Assembly: GCA_031441465.1 (NCBI GenBank)
Contig: JANOEP010000061.1
Coordinates: 1 to 64,000 of the forward strand
Source of the DNA: a bacterium
GTDB lineage: Bacteria; Krumholzibacteriota; Krumholzibacteriia; LZORAL124-64-63
DNA length: 64,000 nt
Direction: 5' to 3'
A program made the translations under genes and the position numbers. Below are positions 31,681 to 41,246 of this stretch, piece after piece; position 1 is the first letter of the stretch; the number at the start of each line of letters is the position of its first letter. A model generated the notes under the pieces. That model was not told the DNA's origin. It ran no database searches and saw only the letters and a program-made list of their open reading frames with translations.

Positions 31681-33228
31681 ATGATCCTCCATCAGGACGA
31701 ACACTGGCTGGTCGTGGACAAGCCGGCGGGCATGGCCACCCACGCGCCGCGCGCGGGGGAGCTGGGCGCGGTCGAGTGGCTGGAACTGCACCTGGGGCTG
31801 AAGACCCACGTGGTGTCGCGGCTGGACCGCGAGACCAGCGGCGTGCTGCTGCTGGCGCGCGATGCGGCGTCGTCGGCGCGGGCGCAGAGGATCCACGAGG
31901 AGGGCGGGTCGCGGAAGGTCTACGAGTTCCTGTCGGACCGCGATGCGGGGGCGGCCGGGCTGGGGGCGGAGTGGGTACGGGACGACGAGATCGACGGGAA
32001 GGTGGCGCGGACGGAGTTCCGGCGGCTGGGGGCGGTCGGGCGGTACTGGAGCTACCGGGCGGAGATCGCACGGGGGCGGACCCACCAGATCCGGCGGCAC
32101 GCGGCGGCGAGCGGGGTGCCGATTCTCGGGGACGGGGAGTACGGGGGGGCGGCTTGGCCGCGGTTGTGCCTGCATTGTGCGGAGGTGCGGTGGCCGGGGA
32201 TCGCGGAGCCGGTGCGGGCGGGGAGGCCGGCCTCATTCGGGGAGGTCAAGGCGGGGGCGGTGGATCTGGGGTATGCGCTGTGCCGGGATCGGCGGGGTGA
32301 TTGGATCGCGGCGGTGTCGGACGCGTATCGCGCGGTGCACCGAGACGAGATCAGCGGGGTGCCCGCGTCGGTGGACGTTTACGGGGCGTGGTTCGACGCG
32401 GTGTGGTACCGCGAGGGGACGACGGCGACCGAGGCGGCCGCGGCGCTGGCGCCGCTTTTGGAGATGGTGGCGCGTGACCATGGGTGCCGCGGGGGCGTGG
32501 TGCGGGTGCACCGGCGGAATCCCCACGGGGAGGGGTTGATCGCTGGTCTGGTGACGGTGGGGGAGACGCCGCCGGGGAAGTTCACGGTGAGCGAGCATGG
32601 GTTGCGGTACGAGATCAGCCTAACCAGAACGCAGCACACCGGGTTGTTCTTGGATCAGAGGGATACACGGCGGCGGGTGGCGTTGGCGGCGGCTGGGCGG
32701 CGGTGCGCGAATCTGTTCGCGTACACGTGCTCGTTTTCGGTGGCGGCGGTGGCGGGGGGGGCGGAGGTAGCGGTTTCGGTGGATACGGCCAAGGCCTGTC
32801 TGGCGACGGGGAAGGTGAACTTCGTGCTCAATGGGCTGGCTGCGGAGGGGCAGGGAAAGTTCGTGCAGGGGGATGCCCGGGGGTGGTTGCAGAGGCAGAT
32901 GCGGAAGTGGGAGAGCGAGGGGGCCGGGTATCGGGCTTGGGATTTGGTGGTTTGCGATCCGCCGGTGTTTGCTTCGGCCCGGGATGGTGGGATTTTCTCG
33001 CTGGAAAAGGAGTGGGATGGACTGGCGGGCGCAGCCGCCGCGCTGCTGGCACCCGGCGGGATCGCGGTGTTTGCCAACAATCACCGGGGCGGGGATCAGG
33101 GCAGGTACCACAAGGAACTGCAGGAGGCGTTCAACGAGGTGGTGGAGTTGGGGGCACCGGCGGATTTTCAGGTCTCGGACAGGTCGCAGATGCACTCTCA
33201 CACTTATTGGTGTGGTCCTTTCTCCTGA
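31681..33228 (+). CDS. RluA-family pseudouridine synthase fused to an RlmI/RlmK-type SAM methyltransferase
   Basis: N-terminal VDKPAG, SRLDRETSG, GRTHQIR, PILGD..YG, LCLH; C-terminal TGLFLDQR, NLFAYTCSFS, DPPVF. Confidence 0.85.
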   Translation: MILHQDEHWLVVDKPAGMATHAPRAGELGAVEWLELHLGLKTHVVSRLDRETSGVLLLARDAASSARAQRIHEEGGSRKVYEFLSDRDAGAAGLGAEWVRDDEIDGKVARTEFRRLGAVGRYWSYRAEIARGRTHQIRRHAAASGVPILGDGEYGGAAWPRLCLHCAEVRWPGIAEPVRAGRPASFGEVKAGAVDLGYALCRDRRGDWIAAVSDAYRAVHRDEISGVPASVDVYGAWFDAVWYREGTTATEAAAALAPLLEMVARDHGCRGGVVRVHRRNPHGEGLIAGLVTVGETPPGKFTVSEHGLRYEISLTRTQHTGLFLDQRDTRRRVALAAAGRRCANLFAYTCSFSVAAVAGGAEVAVSVDTAKACLATGKVNFVLNGLAAEGQGKFVQGDARGWLQRQMRKWESEGAGYRAWDLVVCDPPVFASARDGGIFSLEKEWDGLAGAAAALLAPGGIAVFANNHRGGDQGRYHKELQEAFNEVVELGAPADFQVSDRSQMHSHTYWCGPFS

Positions 33229-33258
33229 TGGTATCCGTTGTCACCAGCCATGCCGGAA

Positions 33259-33963
33259 TCACCGCCGGTGCATCACGACCAGGATGAACACAACGACCAT
33301 CGACAGGTCAGCCGCCAAGTGGGCGAAATAGACAGCCCGCCAGCTACCCAACCTCGTGGCCAGGTAGGACCACAGCAGACCCGTCGCTGCAATGAATCCT
33401 GCGCGCACGAGCGCCATGGACCACGGGAACAACGCTGCGAGCAGCACCACATGGTAGAAGCCGAATCCTGCCGTGGCGAGGGCCAGTCCGCGGCGATCCC
33501 CGAAGGTCTCGCGGCAACGCAGTGTTGCCTGGCCTCGCCACCACCATTCCTCGAGCAGCGGATTCAGTCCCACGAACAGAACGAACGCAACCAAGGGATC
33601 GGCGGGGTCGAGACCGAGGGCGGCCACGCGCGCTTGGTAGTCCGCGATATCGCCCAGCCACGGCCGCACGAACAGATAGGCCGCCAGGAAGACCGGACCG
33701 AAAACCGCGGCCAGCGTGATTTCGAGTCGTACCTGCCGCCGCGCCGGCGGCGGATGAAAGGGCAACCCGCCACGGTCGCGCAGGGGCCGGGCGCCCAGCA
33801 GCAGACAGGGGACGAGCAGGCAGCCGCCCAGGAGGTAGAGATAGAACGTGACCGCGATGCTCTCGAAGTGAAACAGACCGAGTGCGCCGAGACCGCTCGG
33901 CGCGGCCAGCGCCGTCAACAGTCGTAGACGCGGCCACCACGCGGAAGGACTCGCCGCCGGCAC
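33259..33963 (-). CDS. CPBP/Abi family intramembrane glutamic endopeptidase
   Basis: EEWWWRG, FGFYH, AHLAAD motifs; multiple TM helices. Confidence 0.8.
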   Translation of the reverse strand: MPAASPSAWWPRLRLLTALAAPSGLGALGLFHFESIAVTFYLYLLGGCLLVPCLLLGARPLRDRGGLPFHPPPARRQVRLEITLAAVFGPVFLAAYLFVRPWLGDIADYQARVAALGLDPADPLVAFVLFVGLNPLLEEWWWRGQATLRCRETFGDRRGLALATAGFGFYHVVLLAALFPWSMALVRAGFIAATGLLWSYLATRLGSWRAVYFAHLAADLSMVVVFILVVMHRR

Positions 33964-35180
33964 TAGCGCACCAATGCAAGCCGCGTCGTCACGGCAAGGC
34001 CATCGACTTCCAGGCGCGCCAGGTAAACGCCGGCAGGCACCTCGCGGCCGTGGTCATCGCGCCCGTCCCAGTGCACGAGACTCAGGCCCGCCGGGCGCCG
34101 CTCGTGGCAGAGTTCGCGGACCCGGCGCCCGGCCAGGTCGAACAGCACGATGCGCGGCAGATCGGCGCGATCGAGCCGCAACGTCAGGACTGTCGCCGGA
34201 TTGAAGGGATTCGGCGCCGCGGTCAGGCCGAAGTCGCGCGGCGTGACGGGTGAGGGAACGGAGGTCGGGCTCCCGGCCTGGAGGTAACTCGAGCCCGGTG
34301 TCGTTTCGAGCCGTGTCTGGAACTCGGCGGCCGCACCCGCCTCGCCGAGCAGCACCGCCCGCACCCACGGTTCAAGGAACAACCAGGTGAGGTTTTGTTG
34401 CTGCTGGCGCGTGATGTCGGCAGAGCAGAACTCGCCCAGCGAGCAGGCGAAGTTGCTCGCCGCGAATTGGCAGTGGCTTGCGCCCGTCAGCGTGACCAGC
34501 GTCCGCCAGCCCGCATTCAGGGCTTCGAACATGGGAATCTGATGGTCCGGCGGGGGTGTGACGCAGTCGTTGGTGCCGGCGAACAGGAGAGCGGGGATCG
34601 CCAACTGACCGCAAGCGACGATTGCCGACGGATTGGTCTCGGCGGCAGCGAAATTCACGACGGCGCTCACGGTCGGATCGTCGCTGGCGGCCAGCAAGCT
34701 GCAACCGCCGCCCAAGCTGTGACCCATCGTCGCCGCCAGGTCGTTCAGGCGTCCGTAGAAGGGAGAGTCGGGGTTGTCGCTCAGCGCGCGCAGGGCCCGG
34801 CCGACGAAGGCGAGATCGAGCGCGAATTCGGCGTGGCTCGGGAATAGCTCGCCGCCGGTCCGCGGCAGGGCGGTGATGCAGCCGACCGCGGCCAGACGTT
34901 GGCCGACCCAGGCGTAGACCGAGGCAGGCATGAGGTAACCGTGCCCGAAGACGACAGATGGAAATCCGCCTGCAGGCGGCGTCGCGGGTGTCTGGCCAGG
35001 GCCGGCGGACACGGCAGGATAGTAGACATCGGCCGCGATCAGCCGGTCATTGCGGTCAGGGTCGACGAACGTCATGTCGGCCGTGCCGACGGCGTATTGG
35101 GCGCTGGCGGTGGTGGCGGCGAAGCAAACCAGAAAAAACAGGGCCGTCCGGCACACTCGCCCAGGGAGGTGCATGGACAT
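33963..35180 (-). CDS. Secreted alpha/beta hydrolase (chlorophyllase/cutinase-like) with FlgD/T9SS-like CTD
   Basis: Signal peptide; GHG, GHSLGGG nucleophile elbow, D in NDCVT, H in SHCQF; PNPFNP...WDG. Confidence 0.85.
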   Translation of the reverse strand: MSMHLPGRVCRTALFFLVCFAATTASAQYAVGTADMTFVDPDRNDRLIAADVYYPAVSAGPGQTPATPPAGGFPSVVFGHGYLMPASVYAWVGQRLAAVGCITALPRTGGELFPSHAEFALDLAFVGRALRALSDNPDSPFYGRLNDLAATMGHSLGGGCSLLAASDDPTVSAVVNFAAAETNPSAIVACGQLAIPALLFAGTNDCVTPPPDHQIPMFEALNAGWRTLVTLTGASHCQFAASNFACSLGEFCSADITRQQQQNLTWLFLEPWVRAVLLGEAGAAAEFQTRLETTPGSSYLQAGSPTSVPSPVTPRDFGLTAAPNPFNPATVLTLRLDRADLPRIVLFDLAGRRVRELCHERRPAGLSLVHWDGRDDHGREVPAGVYLARLEVDGLAVTTRLALVR

Positions 35181-35351
35181 CGTCGACCTCCAGTTGAGGA
35201 GCCTTTGCTGACAATGATACCACAAGTCTGCCGTGGTAGTGGATGCCGATGCGCGACCCTGACCGCTATTGTCAAGCCCCCGACTTGCTGGCAGTATTCT
35301 CGCGAACCGGATGGAATTTTGGCACAGATCATGTCATTCAATAAATGGGAA

Positions 35352-35380
35352 CGAGCCAGTTATCAGGGATGACTGGCTCG
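35352..35380 (-). terminator. Hairpin downstream of the homoaconitase gene
   Basis: CGAGCCAGT...ACTGGCTCG inverted repeat. Confidence 0.55.
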
Positions 35381-35418
35381 CGATCCGTACAATTAGGGAA
35401 CCGTGCGACACCGGCAGC

Positions 35419-37353
35419 TTACTTCAGTGCTGCGCGTACAAGATTTTCCACCCCACCCGCCAGGATGACCTCCTGCACCGGCCTACCCGTAGGCGAAACC
35501 CCAAACTCCTTCCCACCCCAAATAATCTTCGAATTAGCGAAATCCACCTTCAACCCAGGCTCGACCAGCAGCGTCTTCCCATCCCGTCCAGAGAACGCGA
35601 CCTTCATCGCCTCCACCAACTCCGGACTCTCCAAACAAAGGAACCCGTTGTTGATCGCATTCCGCTGATAAGTCTGCGAGTAAGTCCCCGCCACCAGCAT
35701 CCTGATCCCCGCCGCCTGCAGCGCCGTGACCGCCTGCTCCCGGCTCGACCCCGTCCCGAAGTTGTACCCCCCGACCACGAGGTCCCCGGCCCGCACCATC
35801 CCCGCGAACGCCGGGTCGTAGTTCTCCATCACCACCCGCGCCATGTCCTGCGGCGTCATGTCCTCGCGGTAGGTGTAGTCCTTCCCGTAGATGCCGTCGG
35901 TGTTCAGGTTGTCCTGCGGCAGGAACAGCGCGCGCCCCTCGACGATGGCCGGGAACCCGTCGAGGATCTCCACCGCGCCGGCCTTGTGGCCCTTGCCGCC
36001 CGGGGCGAAGGCGTAGGGCGGCATCGAGGCGTCGAACCCCTCGGGCCCGGCGATCTTCCCCGCGATCGCCGATGCGGCCACTACCGCGGGGCTGGCCAGG
36101 TAGCACTGCGCGTCGCGCGAGCCCATCCGGCCCTTGAAGTTGCGGTTGGTGGCCGAGATGCCGACCTCGCCGGCCTCGAGCAGGCCCGTACCCAGCCCGA
36201 TGCAGGGGCCGCAGCTGGGCGGCAGGGCCTTGGCTCCGGTGTCCAGCAGCGCCTGCCAGATGCCGAGCTGCTTGGCCTGGGTCTCCACGAACTGGCTGGC
36301 CGCGGCGATGTAGAAGTCGACGCCCGGGGCCACCTTGTGGCCCAGCATGACGTCGGCGGCGGCCTTGAGGTCCTCCAGCCGCGAGTTGACGCAGGACAGC
36401 AGGTAGGCCTTGTGGATCTTGATGTCCTTGGTCACGAGCTCGGCCAACGGCGCGCTCATCTGCACGGTGTCTGGCCCGGCGACGTGTGGTGAGACCAGCG
36501 ACAGGTCCAGCGTGATCACGCCGGCGTAGAGCGCGCCGGGGTCGGAGGTCAGCGGGTGGCGCTTCCACAGGTTGAGGCGGGCGTCATCGATGCGGTCGTC
36601 GATGCCCTGCACCGCCAAAATCGCCTGGCGCTTCTCCAGGAAGTCGATCGTGATGTCGTCGCAGGGGAACCAGCCGACCAGCGCGCCCCACTCGGTGGTC
36701 ATGTTGGCGATGGTCATGCGCGCGTCCATGCTCAGGCCCGCCACGCCCGGCCCCGCGAACTCGATGGAGGCGTTCAGGACCTCGTCGCGGTTGTACTGGC
36801 CGCAGAGCGTGAGGATCACGTCCTTGCCCGTCACCCCGGCGCGCAGCTCGCCCTGCAGCACGACCTTGACCGTGCGCGGGATCTGCCACCAGAAGCGACC
36901 CGTGGCCCACAGGCAGGCGGCATCGGTGCGCACCACCGGCGTGCCGACCGCGCCCACGGCGCCGTACATGTTCGAGTGGCTGTCGCTGGCCACGCAGAAG
37001 CCGCCCGGCTGGACATAACCGTTCTCGATCATCACCTGGTGGCCGATGCCGGTGCCGGCAGGGTAGAAGTCGATGCCCTGCGCGCGTGCGAAGGCCTCGA
37101 TCCTGGCGTACTTCGCCAGGTTGCCGTCGCTGCGGTTCTGGATGTCGTGGTCCAGGGCGAAGACCGGCTGGCGCGCGTCGTGCACCTTGCCGACGCCCAG
37201 CTTCTCGAACTTCTGCAGCACCGCCGAGGTGTTGTCGTGGGTCATCACGTGGTCGGGCACCAGCGTGACGAAGTCGCCGGCGTGCAGCTCGGCTCCCTTG
37301 GCCAGATCCACGGCGTGGGCCTGCGTGATCTTCTCGATGACGGTCTGGGCCAT
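35419..37353 (-). CDS. Homoaconitase/LeuC-LeuD type hydratase, large and small subunits fused
   Basis: MTHDN, GIGHQ, DSHSNMYG, SCVNSR, SCGPCIG, SATNRNFKGRMG; swivel domain NLNTDGIY and NFGTGSSREQA. Confidence 0.9.
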   Translation of the reverse strand: MAQTVIEKITQAHAVDLAKGAELHAGDFVTLVPDHVMTHDNTSAVLQKFEKLGVGKVHDARQPVFALDHDIQNRSDGNLAKYARIEAFARAQGIDFYPAGTGIGHQVMIENGYVQPGGFCVASDSHSNMYGAVGAVGTPVVRTDAACLWATGRFWWQIPRTVKVVLQGELRAGVTGKDVILTLCGQYNRDEVLNASIEFAGPGVAGLSMDARMTIANMTTEWGALVGWFPCDDITIDFLEKRQAILAVQGIDDRIDDARLNLWKRHPLTSDPGALYAGVITLDLSLVSPHVAGPDTVQMSAPLAELVTKDIKIHKAYLLSCVNSRLEDLKAAADVMLGHKVAPGVDFYIAAASQFVETQAKQLGIWQALLDTGAKALPPSCGPCIGLGTGLLEAGEVGISATNRNFKGRMGSRDAQCYLASPAVVAASAIAGKIAGPEGFDASMPPYAFAPGGKGHKAGAVEILDGFPAIVEGRALFLPQDNLNTDGIYGKDYTYREDMTPQDMARVVMENYDPAFAGMVRAGDLVVGGYNFGTGSSREQAVTALQAAGIRMLVAGTYSQTYQRNAINNGFLCLESPELVEAMKVAFSGRDGKTLLVEPGLKVDFANSKIIWGGKEFGVSPTGRPVQEVILAGGVENLVRAALK

Positions 37354-37620
37354 GACGTCCTCCCGCGGGCTGGGCAGCCGCAGATGGTTGGTGTTCCCCG
37401 GTCGGAAGCGGCGGGATGCCGAGCATCCCTGTTCCAAAATGCCATCATCCCGCGTCTTCCACAAGTTCCCTGTTCGCGGGAGTTTGGCACTCCCACCAAC
37501 GGCAGGGGCGGTATGGAAGCCGGGGGCCAGAATCTGGTTTCAGTTCGTATCTTATTGTATTAATGTCGTTTACTGAACAAATGCAGTGACTTGCGGAGTC
37601 GCGATCGTTGAGGAGTGATC

Positions 37621-37941
37621 ATGTCAGCGAAGAATCTCGATCCCGTGCACCCCGGCGAGGTCCTGCTGCGCGATTTCCTGGAGCCGATGGGCCTGAGCCG
37701 GAATCGACTGGCCCTCAACCTGGGCGTCCCGCCGCGCCGCATCAACGAGATCGTCCTGAAGAAGCGCCGGATCACGGCGGACACCTCGCTGCGACTGGCA
37801 CGCTACTTCGGGATGTCGCCGGAGTTCTGGCTCGGCTTGCAGATGGACTACGATCTCGACGTGGAGAGCGATCTTCTGGGGGATCGCCTCGTCAGGGAAG
37901 TCGGTTGCTACTCGAAAGGAAGTTGGCAGGGCAGCGGCTGA
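37621..37941 (+). CDS. higA: HigA-family antitoxin (HTH), orphan
   Basis: PVHPGEVL..DFLEPMG...RINEI...RRITADT.LRLARYFG.SPEFWL.LQ.YDL. Confidence 0.9.
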   Translation: MSAKNLDPVHPGEVLLRDFLEPMGLSRNRLALNLGVPPRRINEIVLKKRRITADTSLRLARYFGMSPEFWLGLQMDYDLDVESDLLGDRLVREVGCYSKGSWQGSG

Positions 37942-37972
37942 TCTGCACTGTAACCCCACCGCGGCCTGGTCA

Positions 37973-39346
37973 TCACAGTCGATCGCAGACCAGCGCCTCC
38001 ATCAACGCCTCCGCCCTCCCGAGCCGTTCCACCGCCCAGATCGCCTCCTTCGCCCCCTTCAACCGCTCCGGCGACATCACTAGCATCGCCATGGCGTCGA
38101 ACTTCTCGGTCAGCTCCCCATCGGTCATCGGATTGCGCGGATCACCCTTGGGGTAGTCGAGCGTGCGCACCAGCTCGCGGCCGTCGGTCGTCTCGATGGT
38201 GACGTGGACCTTCTGCAGGGCGGGGAACGCGGCCTCGATCTCGGGGTCCGCCACGACCTCGATCTTGCGCAGCTGGGCGCGGATCACCGGGTCCTGGATC
38301 TTCTCCGGCGTGAACTGCTCGGGCGTGACCCGGCGGTCGGCGATGCAGGCGGCCACCACGTAGGGCAGGGAGTGGTCGGCGGTCTCCTTGTTCTGCGGGT
38401 CGTACTTGCTCGGGTCGGCCAGGATGTCGGCCGCGCGCGCGAGGCTGCGGATGCGCACCTTCTTGATGTCGTCGGGCGCGAGGTCGTGCGTCTTGACGAG
38501 GTCCAGCACCGCGGACATCGGCGCGTGGGTGAGGGCCTCGGTGGGGAAGGCCTTCATGCCGCACTGCAGGATGCGCCAGCTCTTGCCGAGCCCCTCGGTG
38601 ACGATGTCCCAGCGCCAGTCGGTCTTCAGGATGTGGCTGAAGCCCTCCTTGCCGTCCAGCACGTGCTCGGGGCCGGTGTAGCCCTTCTCGGCCAGCAGCG
38701 CGGCGAACACGCCCGACTGCACGGCCATCGGATCGACGGTGTTCTTCATCATCGTCAGCTTGCCGGCCGTGACCGAGCCGCCGGTCAGGTGGCGCGAGGC
38801 GCTGATGCCGATGGCGTGCTGGATCTGCTCGGCCGACAGGCCCAGCAGGCGCCCCGCGACGATGGGGGAGACGACCGCGGTCAGGGTGGCGTGGTGCCAG
38901 CCGATCTCGCGGATGCCCGGGAACGACGCCTCGCACAGGCGCTGCTCGAACTCGTAGGCCAGTACGATCCCCAGCAGCAGGTCGCGGCCGGTGCCGCCGG
39001 CGCGCGCCGCGGCGCTCATCGCCGCCGGGATGATGTCGCTGGGGTGCGACGGGTCCTGCTTCCAGTAGATGTCGTTGTAGTCCAGCACGCGGATCAGCAG
39101 CGCGTTGGCCAGCGCGGCCGACACCGGGTCCATCCGCTTGCCGGTGCCGATGACCGAGGCTGGGCCGGGACCGGCGGTCTCGGCGAGCACCTCGATGGCG
39201 ATCTTGCAGTCGTGCTGCAGCAGGCCGCCGTAGGCGCAGCCGACGCTGTCGAACAGGAACCGCTTGGCGGCTTCGATCGCCTCGGGCGCGATGTCCTCGT
39301 AACGCAGGGCGGCCGCCCAGGCCGCCATCTTCCCGCTCACGGTCAT
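37973..39346 (-). CDS. prpD: MmgE/PrpD family dehydratase (2-methylcitrate dehydratase-like)
   Basis: RVLDYND, SHPSD, GWHH, ETADHSLPY, PKGDPRNP. Confidence 0.85.
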   Translation of the reverse strand: MTVSGKMAAWAAALRYEDIAPEAIEAAKRFLFDSVGCAYGGLLQHDCKIAIEVLAETAGPGPASVIGTGKRMDPVSAALANALLIRVLDYNDIYWKQDPSHPSDIIPAAMSAAARAGGTGRDLLLGIVLAYEFEQRLCEASFPGIREIGWHHATLTAVVSPIVAGRLLGLSAEQIQHAIGISASRHLTGGSVTAGKLTMMKNTVDPMAVQSGVFAALLAEKGYTGPEHVLDGKEGFSHILKTDWRWDIVTEGLGKSWRILQCGMKAFPTEALTHAPMSAVLDLVKTHDLAPDDIKKVRIRSLARAADILADPSKYDPQNKETADHSLPYVVAACIADRRVTPEQFTPEKIQDPVIRAQLRKIEVVADPEIEAAFPALQKVHVTIETTDGRELVRTLDYPKGDPRNPMTDGELTEKFDAMAMLVMSPERLKGAKEAIWAVERLGRAEALMEALVCDRL

Positions 39347-39366
39347 GGTCTCGGGTCCTCCGGGGG

Positions 39367-39807
39367 TCAGCGTGGGTACTCGTCGCGGATGTAGTCGGTC
39401 AGGTACTCGATGCGGGCTTCGTGGTCCTGGCTGATCTGACGGACGCAGTCGCCGATGGAGACGAGCCCGGCCAGCCCGCTGTGGTCCACCACCGGCAGGT
39501 GCCGGATGTGCGCCGCGGTCATGATCGCCAGGACGTCGGCCACCTCGTGGTGCTCGCCCACGCAGATCAGCTTCAGCGACATGACCTCGCGCACCTTGGT
39601 GTCGCGCGAGGATCGCCCCTGCAGGGCGATCTTCGCGAGGTAGTCGCGCTCGGTGAAGATGCCGTGGATCTCCTTGCCCTTGGTCACCAGCACGGAGCCG
39701 ACGCCCCGCTCGACCATGCTGGCGATGGCGGACAGGACGGTGTCGTCGGGGTCGACCTGCAGGACGTCGCGACCCTTGGCGGCGAGGATGTCCGCGACTT
39801 TAGCCAT
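39367..39807 (-). CDS. CBS-domain protein
   Basis: GIFTERDY, IRHLPVV, GLVSIGD. Confidence 0.9.
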   Translation of the reverse strand: MAKVADILAAKGRDVLQVDPDDTVLSAIASMVERGVGSVLVTKGKEIHGIFTERDYLAKIALQGRSSRDTKVREVMSLKLICVGEHHEVADVLAIMTAAHIRHLPVVDHSGLAGLVSIGDCVRQISQDHEARIEYLTDYIRDEYPR

Positions 39808-39835
39808 GGCGTCTCCTTCGCCCGGACGCGGCGCG

Positions 39836-41143
39836 TCAGGCCGCGGCCCGGAGCAGTCTCGAGTTCCACACGGCCAGCAGTACGCTGCAGGCCAGGATGA
39901 CGGCGCCGGTGGTCTGGTGCAGCGTCGTCAGGATCACGTCCGCGAGCGCCGGCGCGCCGGCAGCCACGGTCAGGCCCGTCGCCCAGAGCGCGGCCAAGCC
40001 CAGGCAAATCTGCAGGCCGAGCAGGATCATCAGCGCTCGGCCCAGGCCCTGCAGACGGGGCACGTCGGCGTGTTCCCCCCAGGCCCGCAGTCCCGCCAGC
40101 AGGCCGACCACGGCCACGACCACCGCCATCGTGATGTGCAGCAGCAGACCGTGGGACAGGTGGCGAAGGACGGCCCCGAGCACCAGTTGCACGATAACCA
40201 CGATCACCACGGCCCGCGAGAGCAGGACGTCGGTCCGTGCGTCGGCGAAGATCTTGGGCTTGGCGGTGCGCCAGGCGCGGGTCGACATCGCGGCCAGCGC
40301 GATCAGCACGCCCAGGAACACTTGGCCAGTCACGCCGTGGACGATGGCCAGCGTCAGGTTGGGAGCGGTGTGGGCCGGGTCCATGCTCCCGGTGAAGCGG
40401 CCGGTCACCCGCAGGCCGCCCAGCACGCCCTGCACGATCACCAGCAGCAGCGCGGCGGCGGCCAGCAGCTTCACGCCGCGGCGCTCGTCGGTCCGCCACA
40501 GGAAGACCGCCAGCACCAGCGTCGTGAGGCCGACCAGTGAGCCCAGCAGGCGGTGGGCGTGTTCGTAGAAGACGCCGCCGGTCATGCGCGACAGGGGGTA
40601 GAGGAACATGTTCGAGCCGAAGCTGTTGGGCCAGTCGACCACCGCGAGGCCGGCCTGCTGGCCGGTGACGACCCCGCCGGCGGCTAGCAGCAACAGGGTC
40701 GCGCCCGCGGCGACGAAGGCGAAGGCGGCCGGCCAGGCGAAGGGGGGCTTCGCGGTGCGGCGCGCGTTTTCGACCGCGCCCATCGCGCCGAAGATGGCGC
40801 CCATCAGCAGGGATCCCGGCACCCAGAGCAGCGCCGACGGCACGACCCGGTTCGGCGCGTCGCCGGCGGCCAGCAGGCTGCCGAGGATCAGCAGGTTGAG
40901 CGTCGAGGCCAGCAGCCCGACCCAGAGGCCGCCGCGCCATCCGCGGCCCGTCCAACGGCCGGCCAGCCGGCCGCCGAGGATCAGGAGGCCTAACATCAGG
41001 GGCATCAGCACCCACACCGGCGCCTGCACGCCGGGCAGACGGCCGCAGTAGCCGAGGGCCCACATCGCCACCGTGGTGGCGAAGCCGAGAGTCAGGATGT
41101 CGCCGCCGTGGGTCGGTTCGCGCCGCTCGCTCACATTGCTCAC
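39836..41143 (-). CDS. ctaA: Heme A synthase (CtaA/COX15) with N-terminal membrane extension
   Basis: GG.VT...AGLAV.DWP, EHAHRL.G, QG.LGG..V, conserved His in IVHG, LHIT and LHQ; AGGAGG RBS before GTG 41143. Confidence 0.8.
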   Translation of the reverse strand: MSNVSERREPTHGGDILTLGFATTVAMWALGYCGRLPGVQAPVWVLMPLMLGLLILGGRLAGRWTGRGWRGGLWVGLLASTLNLLILGSLLAAGDAPNRVVPSALLWVPGSLLMGAIFGAMGAVENARRTAKPPFAWPAAFAFVAAGATLLLLAAGGVVTGQQAGLAVVDWPNSFGSNMFLYPLSRMTGGVFYEHAHRLLGSLVGLTTLVLAVFLWRTDERRGVKLLAAAALLLVIVQGVLGGLRVTGRFTGSMDPAHTAPNLTLAIVHGVTGQVFLGVLIALAAMSTRAWRTAKPKIFADARTDVLLSRAVVIVVIVQLVLGAVLRHLSHGLLLHITMAVVVAVVGLLAGLRAWGEHADVPRLQGLGRALMILLGLQICLGLAALWATGLTVAAGAPALADVILTTLHQTTGAVILACSVLLAVWNSRLLRAAA

Positions 41144-41246
41144 TGCACGACCTCCTGTTATGCTGCCGTTGGCGCCGGCCGTCCGCCGGCGCCTTGCCGA
41201 CCCCATTGCTAGCACGATTCGCCGGACGCCACCACCACGGAGCGCC

